Below, piece by piece: positions 29,402-38,787 of a stretch of DNA of 64,000 bases. This stretch comes from an uncultured Lysobacterales bacterium (GTDB taxonomy: Bacteria > Pseudomonadota > Gammaproteobacteria > Xanthomonadales > SZUA-36). Position 1 is the stretch's first letter. Each line of letters opens with the position of its first letter. The position numbers and the translations under genes are program-made. The notes under the pieces are model-generated. The model searched no databases, was not told the origin of the DNA, and saw nothing but the letters and a program-made list of their open reading frames with translations. Location: assembly GCA_937924405.1 (NCBI GenBank), contig CALDVW010000029.1, forward strand, positions 5,390 to 69,389, read 5' to 3'.

Positions 29402-30508
29402 ATGAAGGGGCTTGATCATAAAAATCCAGCCGGGGAGTTTTCACAGGATCGGGCCCTTGCCATACTTGGTCACGAACTGGGTAACGTACTCAACGGTTTG
29501 CTTGGTATGACGGAATTACTCCGGGATGCCCGCCTGAATCCTGAACAGGACCGGTGGCTCCGGGCGATCGAACATTCCGGCCGGCAAATGGGGCAACTGA
29601 TCGATTCGTTTCATCACCTGAATCAGTTTCCACGGCTGGCCACCCGCCCAGAGCAGCAGCCCATGGACGGCATCAAAATGCTGGAGCAAGTGGTGATCGC
29701 CCATACACCGGCCGCCCGGTCGCGGGACGACAACCTGGTATTGATCGTGGACCCGGCCATTCCCAGGTTCTGGGAATGCGATGCCTGCCGGGTTCGGCAG
29801 CTGGTGGAGAACCTGCTCGGCAATGCCATCCGGTTTACCCGCTCGGGTGAAGTGATTGTTGATGTATTTGCCCAGGGCGAAAAATCTGCAGAAAGCACAA
29901 CACTCGGAATCAAAATCACCGATTCCGGTCCCGGAATTGACAACGCATCAGGAGAGCGAATTTTCGAGGCAGGTCAGAAAGATTTCCACGAAAATGGCGG
30001 CCCATCGGCAGGAAAAGGACTTGGCCTGTATATCTGCAGAAATATCGTCCGGTCAATGCGCGGCCGAATTCTGTGGTCCCGTCCAAAGGCTGGCGGCACC
30101 TGTTTCGAGGTGACCATACCCGGTGCACTGGGGCCACATCGCGGATATTCTCAGTTTCCTCAGAGTATGCTGTTGAAGCAGGTTTGTTGCCGGCTACAGC
30201 TTGATAAACCCATTCGTCTGGGCGTTGCGAATTTCCTTACCCGGCTGGGGGTAGATTGGTACGACGATGCCTGCCCGGGGCATGAGCTGCCCTCTCCAAG
30301 CCTGCTCATCGATGTTACTGCTGACCGATCAATGGACATTGACAATCTACCCGGCCTGAAATTGAGAGCGAAATCCCCGGCCGGCATCTCGCGGCAGGGA
30401 AAAAGACTTGCCGGGCCGGTTCTGCTGTCGAGCCTCGGTATCCTGTTAATTGAAATGGCGCTGGAGTGGCGTCGCCAGCAAGCTACTCCCGGTGGTATTC
30501 CGGGCTGA
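29402..30508 (+). CDS. Soluble histidine kinase (HisKA + HATPase_c) without a sensor domain, plus an uncharacterised C-terminal region of about 130 aa
   Basis: H-box [20 protein letters not shown]-box [10 protein letters not shown]1 DSGPGI, G2 GKGLGL. SD AAGGGG precedes the ATG. The 3' end overlaps convergent hemE by 26 nt. Confidence 0.7.
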   Translation: MKGLDHKNPAGEFSQDRALAILGHELGNVLNGLLGMTELLRDARLNPEQDRWLRAIEHSGRQMGQLIDSFHHLNQFPRLATRPEQQPMDGIKMLEQVVIAHTPAARSRDDNLVLIVDPAIPRFWECDACRVRQLVENLLGNAIRFTRSGEVIVDVFAQGEKSAESTTLGIKITDSGPGIDNASGERIFEAGQKDFHENGGPSAGKGLGLYICRNIVRSMRGRILWSRPKAGGTCFEVTIPGALGPHRGYSQFPQSMLLKQVCCRLQLDKPIRLGVANFLTRLGVDWYDDACPGHELPSPSLLIDVTADRSMDIDNLPGLKLRAKSPAGISRQGKRLAGPVLLSSLGILLIEMALEWRRQQATPGGIPG

Positions 30509-31547
30509 GCTCTCCCACCGTATTGACCAGTTCCGTCAGGTGGTCCGGATTGACCTCAGGCGTAATTCCGTGGCCCAGATTGAATACGTGGCCATTACCA
30601 TTGCCAAAACTGTCGAGGGTATCACTCACTTCTCGGCGAATGACTGCCCGGTCTGCGAGCAATATCGACGGGTCGAGATTTCCCTGTAATGCAACCCGGT
30701 TACCCACACGACTTCTTGCTTCGCGCAGTGAAATGGTCCAGTCAACGCCCAATGCGTCGCATCCGGTGTCCGCCAGCGCCTCCAGTTGGGTATTGCAGCT
30801 TTTACTGAACAGAATGACAGGAACTGGCCTGCCTTCATTTTCGCGCTTCAGTCCGGACACGATTTTCGCCATGTACCTGAGCGAGAATTCCTTGTACGCC
30901 TGAGATGACAAAGCGCCGCCCCAGGTATCGAAAATCTGCACTGCCTGGGCGCCGGCTTCGATTTGCGCATTCAGGTAGTCGGTCACGGTATCGGCGAGTT
31001 TTCCCAGCAGTTGATGCGCCAGTTCCGGATCCTGGTAGAGAAGCTTCTTTGCCCGGCTGAAGGTCTTACTCGAACCGCCTTCGATCATGTACGTCGCCAG
31101 TGTCCAGGGGCTGCCACTGAACCCGATCAGCGGCACTTTTCCGCCCAGTTCACGCCTAGTGAGGGAGACGGCATCCATGACATATCCAAGTGATTCAAAG
31201 ATGTCCGGGCGCGGCAGGTTCCTGATATCGTCGGCCGAGCGAAGGGGATGTTCGAATTTCGGACCTTCTCCGCTGACGAAATAAAGATTCAGGCCCATGG
31301 CGTCGGGAATGGTCAGGATATCAGAGAAAATTATGGCCGCATCCAGGTCAAATCGGCGCAAAGGTTGCAATGTGACCTCGCAAGCGAGTTCAGGTGTCTG
31401 ACACAAATTCATAAAACTGCCGGCTTCCGCCCGGGTCGCGAGATATTCCGGCAAATAGCGGCCCGCCTGTCGCATGATCCAGACCGGTGTGCGGTCGACC
31501 GGTTGGCGCTGCAGCGCCCGTAGCAGGATATCGTTTCTGAGTTCCAT
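30483..31547 (-). CDS. hemE: Uroporphyrinogen decarboxylase
   Basis: [35 protein letters not shown]... is nearly identical in pattern to enterobacterial HemE. The internal ATG was chosen so the gene does not overlap aroB. Confidence 0.92.
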   Translation of the reverse strand: MELRNDILLRALQRQPVDRTPVWIMRQAGRYLPEYLATRAEAGSFMNLCQTPELACEVTLQPLRRFDLDAAIIFSDILTIPDAMGLNLYFVSGEGPKFEHPLRSADDIRNLPRPDIFESLGYVMDAVSLTRRELGGKVPLIGFSGSPWTLATYMIEGGSSKTFSRAKKLLYQDPELAHQLLGKLADTVTDYLNAQIEAGAQAVQIFDTWGGALSSQAYKEFSLRYMAKIVSGLKRENEGRPVPVILFSKSCNTQLEALADTGCDALGVDWTISLREARSRVGNRVALQGNLDPSILLADRAVIRREVSDTLDSFGNGNGHVFNLGHGITPEVNPDHLTELVNTVGELSPEYHRE

Positions 31548-31563
31548 GTATTTCTGCTCCCTG

Positions 31564-32661
31564 TTATGTACTGGCTTGCTTGCTGCCCAGACTTTGTTCA
31601 ATTGCGTTTACGACATCATTCTGCTTGCTGTTACTGTCAACTATTGACTGGCCAATCGCTTCCAGGAGGACCAGGCGGAGCCCGGTTGCGACTGCCTTCT
31701 TATCAAGCTGCAGAGCGCTGAGTAGTCCACTCATTTCGGTTTGTGCCGGCATGCTGACGGGCAGGCCGAAGCGGGTGAGGAGTTCCGAGATCCGGCCTGT
31801 TGTTCCCGGCTCGCATAAACCGCGGGCTTCGCTCAACCGGCTGGCGGTTACCATACCGATGGCCACGGCTTCACCATGCAGAAACTCGGAGTATCCGGTC
31901 TCAGCTTCCAGGGCATGTCCGAAACTATGCCCGAAGTTGAGCAGGGCGCGGACACCCGCCTCTTTTTCATCTTCAGCTACGATTTCGGCCTTGTTCATAA
32001 TTGACCGGTATATCAGGTAATTCAGCGATGCTTCTTCGCGGTCAGAGATTTTTGCCGCATTATCTTCCATCCAACTGAAAAACCGGGGGTCCCGAATGGC
32101 GCCATATTTAACGACTTCGGCCAGGCCGGCATTAAACTCCCGCGCCGATAAAGTTGCAAGCGTGGCGGTATCGACCACGACGGCGGCAGGTTGATGAAAA
32201 GCGCCAACCAGGTTTTTACCCTGCTTGTGATTGATGCCCGTCTTGCCGCCGACCGAAGCATCCACTTGTGCGAGCAAGGTGGTCGGGGCCTGCAGGAATC
32301 GGATTCCCCGCATATACGAAGCGGCTGCAAAACCACTAATATCGCCGACAACCCCGCCACCAAGAGCAATAATATTTGCATCCCTTCGAGCTTGCATGGC
32401 AATCAGTGAATCAACGATTCCATACCACGTTTCTACGGTTTTCATCGGTTCGCCGTCTGGAATGATGTGTATTTCCTGGTCAATGCCGTTTAATGCGCCC
32501 CGAAGTACATCCAGGTACAGCGGCGCTACCACATCATTGCTGACGATCAGGGTTTTGCCAGTTGCGAGATGCTTTCGCCAAAGAGAACTATCGCTCAGTA
32601 AACCGTGCCCGAGGTACACGGGGTAAGCGTTGTGTTCCAGTTCCACGTTGATGGTTTTCAT
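31564..32661 (-). CDS. aroB: 3-dehydroquinate synthase
   Basis: 365 aa with ...[45 protein letters not shown]... and metal-binding ...HSFGHALE...HGEAVAIGM. Confidence 0.92.
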   Translation of the reverse strand: MKTINVELEHNAYPVYLGHGLLSDSSLWRKHLATGKTLIVSNDVVAPLYLDVLRGALNGIDQEIHIIPDGEPMKTVETWYGIVDSLIAMQARRDANIIALGGGVVGDISGFAAASYMRGIRFLQAPTTLLAQVDASVGGKTGINHKQGKNLVGAFHQPAAVVVDTATLATLSAREFNAGLAEVVKYGAIRDPRFFSWMEDNAAKISDREEASLNYLIYRSIMNKAEIVAEDEKEAGVRALLNFGHSFGHALEAETGYSEFLHGEAVAIGMVTASRLSEARGLCEPGTTGRISELLTRFGLPVSMPAQTEMSGLLSALQLDKKAVATGLRLVLLEAIGQSIVDSNSKQNDVVNAIEQSLGSKQAST

Positions 32662-32670
32662 GCGGCGAAT

Positions 32671-33237
32671 TCAACCTTTTGGTGCAGATGCGGCCGGGTC
32701 CTCGGCTTCACTATTGCGATGCGCACAGACGGCTTCGTACAGTGACCTGGCAGCTGCTTCCAGGCCCCGGTTTTGAGATGGAAAAACAATATCAGCCATT
32801 TCCTCGTACAGATAATTGCGTTCCCTGGCCAGGCGGGTCAGTTTCTCCTCACGGTCACCGGATTGCAACAGTGGGCGGGATTTATCCCGCACCAGGCGCC
32901 GGATCTGCTGCTTGACCGTAGTCTTCAGATAAATCACCAGGCCGGTTTCCCTGAGTAATTTCCGGTTTTCCTCACCGAGTACCGTGCCCCCTCCCGTAGC
33001 CACCAGGACCTGGTTGCGGGCCGTCAGCTTTCTTAACATTTCCGTTTCACGTCTGCGGAATCCTTCCTCCCCCTCCACGTCAAAAATCAAGCCGACACTG
33101 GCACCGGTATGCGCTTCCAGTTCGTGGTCGCAATCCATGAATTCCAGTCCCAGAATTACGGCAAGCCGCTGTCCGATCGTGGTTTTTCCCGAACCCATGG
33201 GCCCAATCAGGTAGACATTGCCGCGAGCTTTAGTCAT
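32671..33237 (-). CDS. aroK: Shikimate kinase
   Basis: ...NVYLIGPMGSGKTTIGQRLA... and ...EGEEGFRRRETEML...VATGGG... Start taken at the internal ATG. Confidence 0.9.
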   Translation of the reverse strand: MTKARGNVYLIGPMGSGKTTIGQRLAVILGLEFMDCDHELEAHTGASVGLIFDVEGEEGFRRRETEMLRKLTARNQVLVATGGGTVLGEENRKLLRETGLVIYLKTTVKQQIRRLVRDKSRPLLQSGDREEKLTRLARERNYLYEEMADIVFPSQNRGLEAAARSLYEAVCAHRNSEAEDPAASAPKG

Positions 33238-33317
33238 GGCTTTCCAGGCTGCGTGCACTCGGGCACGACATTGGGTAACATTGCCCGGACTCCGGATTGG
33301 CCCCGTGGCAATATTCT

Positions 33318-33836
33318 ATGATCCGCTTTTTTGTAATTTTTACGGTTTTGCTTGTAGGACTTTTCACTTTGGAGATTCTACAGCCGGTTGAAAAATTCGT
33401 CATCCTGCCGTTCACTTCTTTTGTCGCTGACATCAGTGTCTGGATCGTCCTGCTGTTTGATGACAATGTCACGGCTGTCGCAAATGTTATCAGGGATAAC
33501 TCCACCGGATTCGGTGTTCGCATTGAACGTGGTTGCAATGGCATAGAAGCTGTCATCATTCTTTTCGCCGCCATTTTTGCTTTTCCTGCGCCTTTTAAAT
33601 ACAAGATGCTTGGGTTCGTCATCGGTTTTTTTGCCATTCAGTTGTTGAATCTTGTCCGCATCGTGAGCCTGTTTTACCTGGGCCAGTGGAACCAGGTGGC
33701 GTTTGAGTGGTTTCATTTATATCTGTGGCAGGCGTTGATCATTCTGGATGCCATGGTTGTCTGGCTGGTGTGGTTGAAAAAAATGCCGCGAACAGAAATC
33801 GACCCCCCAATGAAAACCCGGATTGCAGAGACGTGA
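33318..33836 (+). CDS. Short exosortase/archaeosortase-family membrane protein (XrtH-like)
   Basis: About 172 aa with 5-6 TM segments. Candidate catalytic residues lie in family-like contexts: Cys in ...RIERGCNGIEAV..., Arg in ...LLNLVRIVSL..., His in ...FEWFHLYLWQ... Size and layout fit my recollection of the exosortase H mini-form. Confidence 0.55.
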   Translation: MIRFFVIFTVLLVGLFTLEILQPVEKFVILPFTSFVADISVWIVLLFDDNVTAVANVIRDNSTGFGVRIERGCNGIEAVIILFAAIFAFPAPFKYKMLGFVIGFFAIQLLNLVRIVSLFYLGQWNQVAFEWFHLYLWQALIILDAMVVWLVWLKKMPRTEIDPPMKTRIAET

Positions 33837-33841
33837 CAGCC

Positions 33842-34426
33842 ATGGGAATCTCCGAGGAAATCATCAGCGAGTTCAACAGGGAGTTCAAAAAAGCCCGGGT
33901 ATCGGGTGAGCCTGAACCAACAGCCATGGTGCTTGCAACCAGCGATGGAGCAGGGCTGGTTACATCACGCACCGTACTGCTAAAGGCACTGGATGAAAAC
34001 GGATTCGTGTTTTTCACCAATACGCACAGTATCAAAGGAAAGCAAATGGCGGAATGTCCCCGGGCAGCAGCGACCTTTCTGTGGAAGGCGAGCGGCGTCC
34101 AGGTACAACTGATCGGCTCGGTCAGCCAGGTCAGTGACGAAGAAGCAGATGCCTATTTTTCCACCAGGGACAGGGGAAGCCAGGTTGGCGCCTGGGCTTC
34201 CGATCAGTCAACGCCACTGGAAAGCCGCGAAGCACTACTGCAACGGGTGCGCGAAATTGAGATTGAATATGATGGCGCAGAAATTCCGCGCCCGCCCCAC
34301 TGGACCGGTTTCGTCATCAGTCCGGAGTCCATTGAATTCTGGACGCAGCGCGAATTTCGTCTGCATGACCGGATTCTCTATCGTCTCGAGGACGGTGAGT
34401 GGTCTAGACAAAGGCTGAACCCCTGA
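33842..34426 (+). CDS. pdxH: Pyridoxamine 5'-phosphate oxidase
   Basis: ...PTAMVLATSD...RTVLLKALDENGFVFFTN...YFSTRDRGSQVGAWAS...IEFWTQREFRLHDRILY... follows PdxH motifs, with a shorter N-terminus than E. coli PdxH. Confidence 0.85.
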   Translation: MGISEEIISEFNREFKKARVSGEPEPTAMVLATSDGAGLVTSRTVLLKALDENGFVFFTNTHSIKGKQMAECPRAAATFLWKASGVQVQLIGSVSQVSDEEADAYFSTRDRGSQVGAWASDQSTPLESREALLQRVREIEIEYDGAEIPRPPHWTGFVISPESIEFWTQREFRLHDRILYRLEDGEWSRQRLNP

Positions 34427-34438
34427 GTCACTTTTGCC

Positions 34439-34861
34439 ATGTTGCCAACCACTACGACAATTGAACTGCCAACACCTGGCCGCGGATTTCAGGAAATTAG
34501 TTCAGAGTTGCAGGCGTTTGTGCAGTCCGGCAGCGTCGTTACGGGGATTTGCCACATATTTCTGCGCCATACCAGTGCTTCTTTGCTGGTCACTGAAAAT
34601 GCCGATCCGGATGTTCGCCGCGACCTGGAGAATTTTCTGGCCAAATTGGCGCCGGATGGCGATCCCGCCTATTTCCACAGCGCAGAAGGCCCCGATGACA
34701 TGCCTGCGCATATCCGTTCGGTATTGACCTGTTCAGAGCTGACCCTGCCGGTCCGCAATGGTCGCTTGGCCCTGGGAACCTGGCAAGGCGTGTATTTGTG
34801 GGAGCACCGTTTTCGCCCCCATCGCCGCCGTATCGACGTTACGGTTATAGGAATCAATTAG
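34439..34861 (+). CDS. yjbQ: YjbQ/UPF0047 family protein (secondary thiamine-phosphate synthase-like)
   Basis: 140 aa; ...GICHIFLRHTSASLLVTENADPDV...DDMPAHIRSVL...GTWQGVYLWEHR... is characteristic of UPF0047. Confidence 0.8.
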   Translation: MLPTTTTIELPTPGRGFQEISSELQAFVQSGSVVTGICHIFLRHTSASLLVTENADPDVRRDLENFLAKLAPDGDPAYFHSAEGPDDMPAHIRSVLTCSELTLPVRNGRLALGTWQGVYLWEHRFRPHRRRIDVTVIGIN

Positions 34862-34868
34862 ATAGTGG

Positions 34869-34893
34869 TTGCCGAGGGAAGCGAAACGCCTTC
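34869..34893. repeat. Copy 1 of a 25-nt exact direct repeat, TTGCCGAGGGAAGCGAAACGCCTTC
   Basis: Exact match to 35021-35045. It contains the small hairpin GAAGCG-AAA-CG(C)CTTC and starts 8 nt after the yjbQ stop. Confidence 0.9.
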
Positions 34894-35020
34894 GTCCGCT
34901 ACAGACCCGGTTGGCGAAGCCAGAGGGACCGTCAGACCAATCAGTTGAGTGAAGCCGCCTTCCGGCGTAGCCGGGAGCACGACTGCAGGGATGCAGGAGA
35001 TAGAGCAATGCCGGGAGCAA

Positions 35021-35045
35021 TTGCCGAGGGAAGCGAAACGCCTTC
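35021..35045. repeat. Copy 2 of the same 25-nt direct repeat
   Basis: Exact match to 34869-34893, in the same orientation. Its last base is also the first base of the complement of the DUF4426 stop codon. Confidence 0.9.
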
Positions 35046-35491
35046 TATTCGGTGTAGAACTGCTGTTTGAATTTCACGATGAGGGGCTCATCCTCCCCTT
35101 CGATCGTGACCTGGATGTTGAATCTGTAGGTTTCCAAATTGTGCACCGGAAATTCACCGATGTAATAAATCGCACCTTCAGGATCCTTGATTTCTCGAAT
35201 ATCTATATCACGCCTTTGACCGGTCAGGTTCGTCCCATTGGCGGTCACAGCAGCACCGACAGGCGTTCCCGGAGTATCCATGACTTTTTTCAGCACCGTG
35301 ATATTGAGCAATGCCCTGCTGGAGGAGCGTTTAATTCCGTAGCCTTGCGCCACCTGGGGGGGAATCAGGTTGGTGTTGAGCGCATTGTAATGAACAACGA
35401 ACTGTCCAAAGTCCTGGGATTGTTGTGCGGCACCAAAATTCGAATACGACAGCGCTCCAAGCAAGAGCAGGCAAACCAGAGTCTGTTTCAT
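35045..35491 (-). CDS. Periplasmic DUF4426-like protein
   Basis: 148 aa with a signal peptide. It occupies the position downstream of yggT that, as I recall, pseudomonads also fill with a DUF4426 gene. Family assignment is from memory only. Confidence 0.6.
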   Translation of the reverse strand: MKQTLVCLLLLGALSYSNFGAAQQSQDFGQFVVHYNALNTNLIPPQVAQGYGIKRSSSRALLNITVLKKVMDTPGTPVGAAVTANGTNLTGQRRDIDIREIKDPEGAIYYIGEFPVHNLETYRFNIQVTIEGEDEPLIVKFKQQFYTE

Positions 35492-35523
35492 GGATTTGAT
35501 CCTCTTTCAGGATTGGAGCGTCA

Positions 35524-36063
35524 CTACCATCCTAGCAGAAGAAGCAGGAAGCGTATCGCGATCAGGGCGAACAACGGTGAGAGATCGATGCCGGCGATAG
35601 GGGGGATTACTTTTCTGAATGGCCGCATAACCGGCTCGGTCAGCTGGTAAACGAGCGGGATAACCGGGTGTCGCATGTGTCCGCCAACCCAACTGAGAAT
35701 CACCGAGGCAATGATCAGGAAGAAATAGGTCAGCAACAAGGTTGCAATCAACTTGATCACGCCAAAAACTGCAATCTGTTCGAAACTCATCGGCGACGAA
35801 CTCAGCTGGCTGGCAATCCAGACACTGAAAAATTCCAGCACCAGTACCAACAGCACTGATGCCGTATCCAGCTTTTTTATGGAAGGAATGACGCGCCGCA
35901 ACGGTACAATCACAGGATTGGTCACCTTGACCAGAAACTGACAAACCGGGTTATAAAAATCTGCGCGAACCCATTGCAAAAGGAGCCTGAGCAACACGGC
36001 CGTGATATACAGGTCGATTAGCGTTCCGACCAGGTACGAAAACGCATTTGTGCCCGAACCCAT
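35524..36063 (-). CDS. yggT: YggT-family membrane protein
   Basis: Two YGGT repeats (...LLRLLLQWVRADFYNPVCQFLVKVTNPVIVPLRRVIP... and ...ILSWVGGHMRHPVIPLVYQLTEPVMRPFRKVIPP...). Internal ATG chosen. Confidence 0.8.
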   Translation of the reverse strand: MGSGTNAFSYLVGTLIDLYITAVLLRLLLQWVRADFYNPVCQFLVKVTNPVIVPLRRVIPSIKKLDTASVLLVLVLEFFSVWIASQLSSSPMSFEQIAVFGVIKLIATLLLTYFFLIIASVILSWVGGHMRHPVIPLVYQLTEPVMRPFRKVIPPIAGIDLSPLFALIAIRFLLLLLGW

Positions 36064-36088
36064 CACCTCAAATTCTCCCTTTTCCCAC

Positions 36089-36892
36089 TCATTCCAACGC
36101 CAGCTCCTGGCTGCGATTCCTGGCGGCTTCTGCAGCCCGCAAGACCAGTTCACGAAACCGGCCGTCCTCGAAAACGACCATGGCAGCCTGTGTCGTACCA
36201 CCTGGCGAAGTGACGCGCCGGCGAAGTTCTTCAGCTTCTCCCGGACTGCTGGCTACCATCGCGCCTGCTCCGAAGCAGGTAATCGAAGCGAGCCGATCTG
36301 CTGTTTCCGGGGGTAATCCGAGTTCGCGTGCCGCTGCCGCCAGTGCTTCGGTGAGAAGGAAGAAATATGCAGGTCCGGTCCCCGAAATCGCGGTTACGGC
36401 ATCCATCAGAGATTCATCATTCAGCCACACGACTTCGCCCGCTGCGGCAAGGATCTCTTCGGCCTGGTCATGTTGTTCCCGGCTGCAATTTGGGTCTGCG
36501 ACCACGCCGGTGATTCCGTGACCAATCAGTGCCGGTGTGTTAGGCATTGAACGGACCACGGCCTGGTTCTCGCCCAGTTCCTGCTTGATCTTCGAGATTG
36601 GTGTTCCGGCGGCAATGGACAACATCAGTTGTTCGGGGCTGACCCGTCCGGCGAGGCTGGCCAGGACGACCGGCATGGTCTGTGGTTTAACGGCCAGGAC
36701 CACCACGTCAGCTGTGTCGATGGCCAGTTCGGGATCGGTGAAGGTTGCCACCTGAAACGTTTTTTCGAGGTGGCTCCTGGCTTCTTCGCTGGGATCGCAA
36801 ACCCGTATGTTCAGATGCGCCCTCGGTGGGTTTACGAGTCCGCTAATCAAGGCGGTAGCCATGTTTCCGCCGCCAATAAAAGTGATCAACAT
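36089..36892 (-). CDS. proC: Pyrroline-5-carboxylate reductase
   Basis: MLITFIGGGNMATALISGL... is a Rossmann motif; the C-terminal ...VTSPGGTTQAAM... is the ProC signature. Confidence 0.9.
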   Translation of the reverse strand: MLITFIGGGNMATALISGLVNPPRAHLNIRVCDPSEEARSHLEKTFQVATFTDPELAIDTADVVVLAVKPQTMPVVLASLAGRVSPEQLMLSIAAGTPISKIKQELGENQAVVRSMPNTPALIGHGITGVVADPNCSREQHDQAEEILAAAGEVVWLNDESLMDAVTAISGTGPAYFFLLTEALAAAARELGLPPETADRLASITCFGAGAMVASSPGEAEELRRRVTSPGGTTQAAMVVFEDGRFRELVLRAAEAARNRSQELALE

Positions 36893-36917
36893 AAAATTTG
36901 GGTGCCTCTGCCGATTT

Positions 36918-37613
36918 TTACGATTTATCGTCTGGTCTTGGGCCGAACAGGTCCGTGCCGATCCGCACCATCGTGCTTCCGCACATTATCGCTGTTTCCA
37001 GGTCCGCCGACATTCCCATTGAAAGTGTATCCAAAACCAACCCTTTTTCGAGCACGGCGCGATATAGCCCTTCCATCTGTTGGTAGCTCCCGTGCGGGTC
37101 GTGACCGGTTGAACCTGCCTGTGGAATGGTCATGAACCCGCGCAGGCGAATATTGGGCAAGTCCGATGCCAACCAGGCCAGTTCTTCCGCCTGTTCCGGC
37201 ATCACGCCCGATTTTTGCGGTTCCCTGTCGATGTTTACCTGAATACACACGTTGAGATCTCCGAGTTCAGCCGGACGCTGATTTGACAGGCGCAGCAGAA
37301 TTTTCTTCCGGTCTACGCTTTGGACCCAGGCGAAATGGCTCGCCACATCCCGTGTTTTGTTCGACTGAAGGGGACCGATGAAATGCCATTCAATACCGGT
37401 TCCCCCGAGTTGAGCCATTTTTGCCAGCGCTTCCTGGGCGTAGTTCTCACCGAAAGAGTTGTGTCCAAGCTGATGCAGCGACTGGATCCGGTCCGCTTTA
37501 TGTCTCTTGCTGACGGCCAGAATGGTCACTTCAGCGGGGTTTCGACCTGCTTTTTCACAGGCCATCGCCACCCTCGTACGGACATTGTTAAGGTTTTCTT
37601 TTAAGTTATTCAT
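36918..37613 (-). CDS. yggS: YggS-family pyridoxal-phosphate homeostasis protein
   Basis: ...TILAVSKRH...FGENYAQE...WHFIGPLQSNK...LSMGMSADLETAI..STMVRIGT..FG. The ATG at 37613 gives 231 aa; the 338-aa track ORF is an extension. Confidence 0.88.
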   Translation of the reverse strand: MNNLKENLNNVRTRVAMACEKAGRNPAEVTILAVSKRHKADRIQSLHQLGHNSFGENYAQEALAKMAQLGGTGIEWHFIGPLQSNKTRDVASHFAWVQSVDRKKILLRLSNQRPAELGDLNVCIQVNIDREPQKSGVMPEQAEELAWLASDLPNIRLRGFMTIPQAGSTGHDPHGSYQQMEGLYRAVLEKGLVLDTLSMGMSADLETAIMCGSTMVRIGTDLFGPRPDDKS

Positions 37614-37738
37614 CTTGCAGCAAGACTTGGCTTGATCTATGGTTAGTATTGGCGCGTATGGGACATGGACTTGAAACATGCATTTTGAAGTAAACGTTGA
37701 TGCATTGTAACGCGACCAGTTAGATTCAAGGAGGGAAT

Positions 37739-38776
37739 ATGGATATTGCTGAATTGCTGGCTTTCGCTGTAAAGAACAACGCCTCGGACCTGCATTTGTC
37801 ATCTGGACTGCCGCCCATGATTCGTGTGGATGGCGATATTCGGCGTCTGACGCTGCCGGCCGTGGATACTGCGCAGCTCCAGGAGCTGGTTTACAGTACC
37901 ATGAGCGATCAGCACCGGCGTGATTTTGAAGCAAACCTGGAAGTTGACTATTCCTATTCCGTTCAGGGCCTGGCCCGGTTTCGTGTCAACTGTTTCCATC
38001 ACGACCGTGGCGTCGGCGGGGCTTTCAGGACAATCCCTGATTCGGTATGGACTCTCGAAGATATTGGTGCACCGCCTATCTTCAGGGATATTATCGATGC
38101 TCCGAGGGGGCTGATCCTGATGACCGGTCCAACCGGCTCCGGTAAGTCCACCACGCTCGCAGCGATGATCGATCACCTGAATAACCAGGTGGAAGGACAC
38201 GTCCTCACGATTGAAGACCCGATTGAATTCGTGCATCGAAGCAAAAAGTGTGTCATTAACCAGCGTGAGGTTCACCGGGATACGCATGGATTCAATCAGG
38301 CCCTTAGGGCAGCGTTGCGTGAGGACCCGGATATCATCCTGGTCGGCGAGATGCGTGACATCGAAACCATCCGGCTGGCGCTGACGGCGGCAGAAACCGG
38401 TCACCTGGTGTTTTCGACACTGCATACAAGTTCGGCGCCGAAAACGGTTGACCGCATCATTGATGTATTTCCTGCGGGTGAGAAATCAATGGTCAGGTCG
38501 ATGCTGTCGGAGTCCATGCGTGCGGTAATCAGTCAAACGCTGCTGAAACGGGTCGGTGGTGGGCGGGTAGCCGCATGGGAAATAATGGTGGCGACGCCGG
38601 CGATTCGCAACCTGATCAGGGAAGACAAGATCGCCCAGATGTATTCCGCCATTCAGACCGGTCAGAATGCCGGGATGCAGACTCTTGACCAGGCACTTGA
38701 ATCGTTGGTTTCCCGTGGAATTATCAACAAGCTGGAAGCGACCAGAAGGGCCGTTGACAAGAAAATGTTCCGTTAG
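37739..38776 (+). CDS. pilT: Type IV pilus retraction ATPase PilT
   Basis: MDIAELLAFAVKNNASDLHLSSGLPPMIRVDG..., Walker A GPTGSGKST, and the ...AIRNLIREDKIAQM... motif. Confidence 0.92.
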   Translation: MDIAELLAFAVKNNASDLHLSSGLPPMIRVDGDIRRLTLPAVDTAQLQELVYSTMSDQHRRDFEANLEVDYSYSVQGLARFRVNCFHHDRGVGGAFRTIPDSVWTLEDIGAPPIFRDIIDAPRGLILMTGPTGSGKSTTLAAMIDHLNNQVEGHVLTIEDPIEFVHRSKKCVINQREVHRDTHGFNQALRAALREDPDIILVGEMRDIETIRLALTAAETGHLVFSTLHTSSAPKTVDRIIDVFPAGEKSMVRSMLSESMRAVISQTLLKRVGGGRVAAWEIMVATPAIRNLIREDKIAQMYSAIQTGQNAGMQTLDQALESLVSRGIINKLEATRRAVDKKMFR

Positions 38777-38787
38777 GAGGCAGACAG

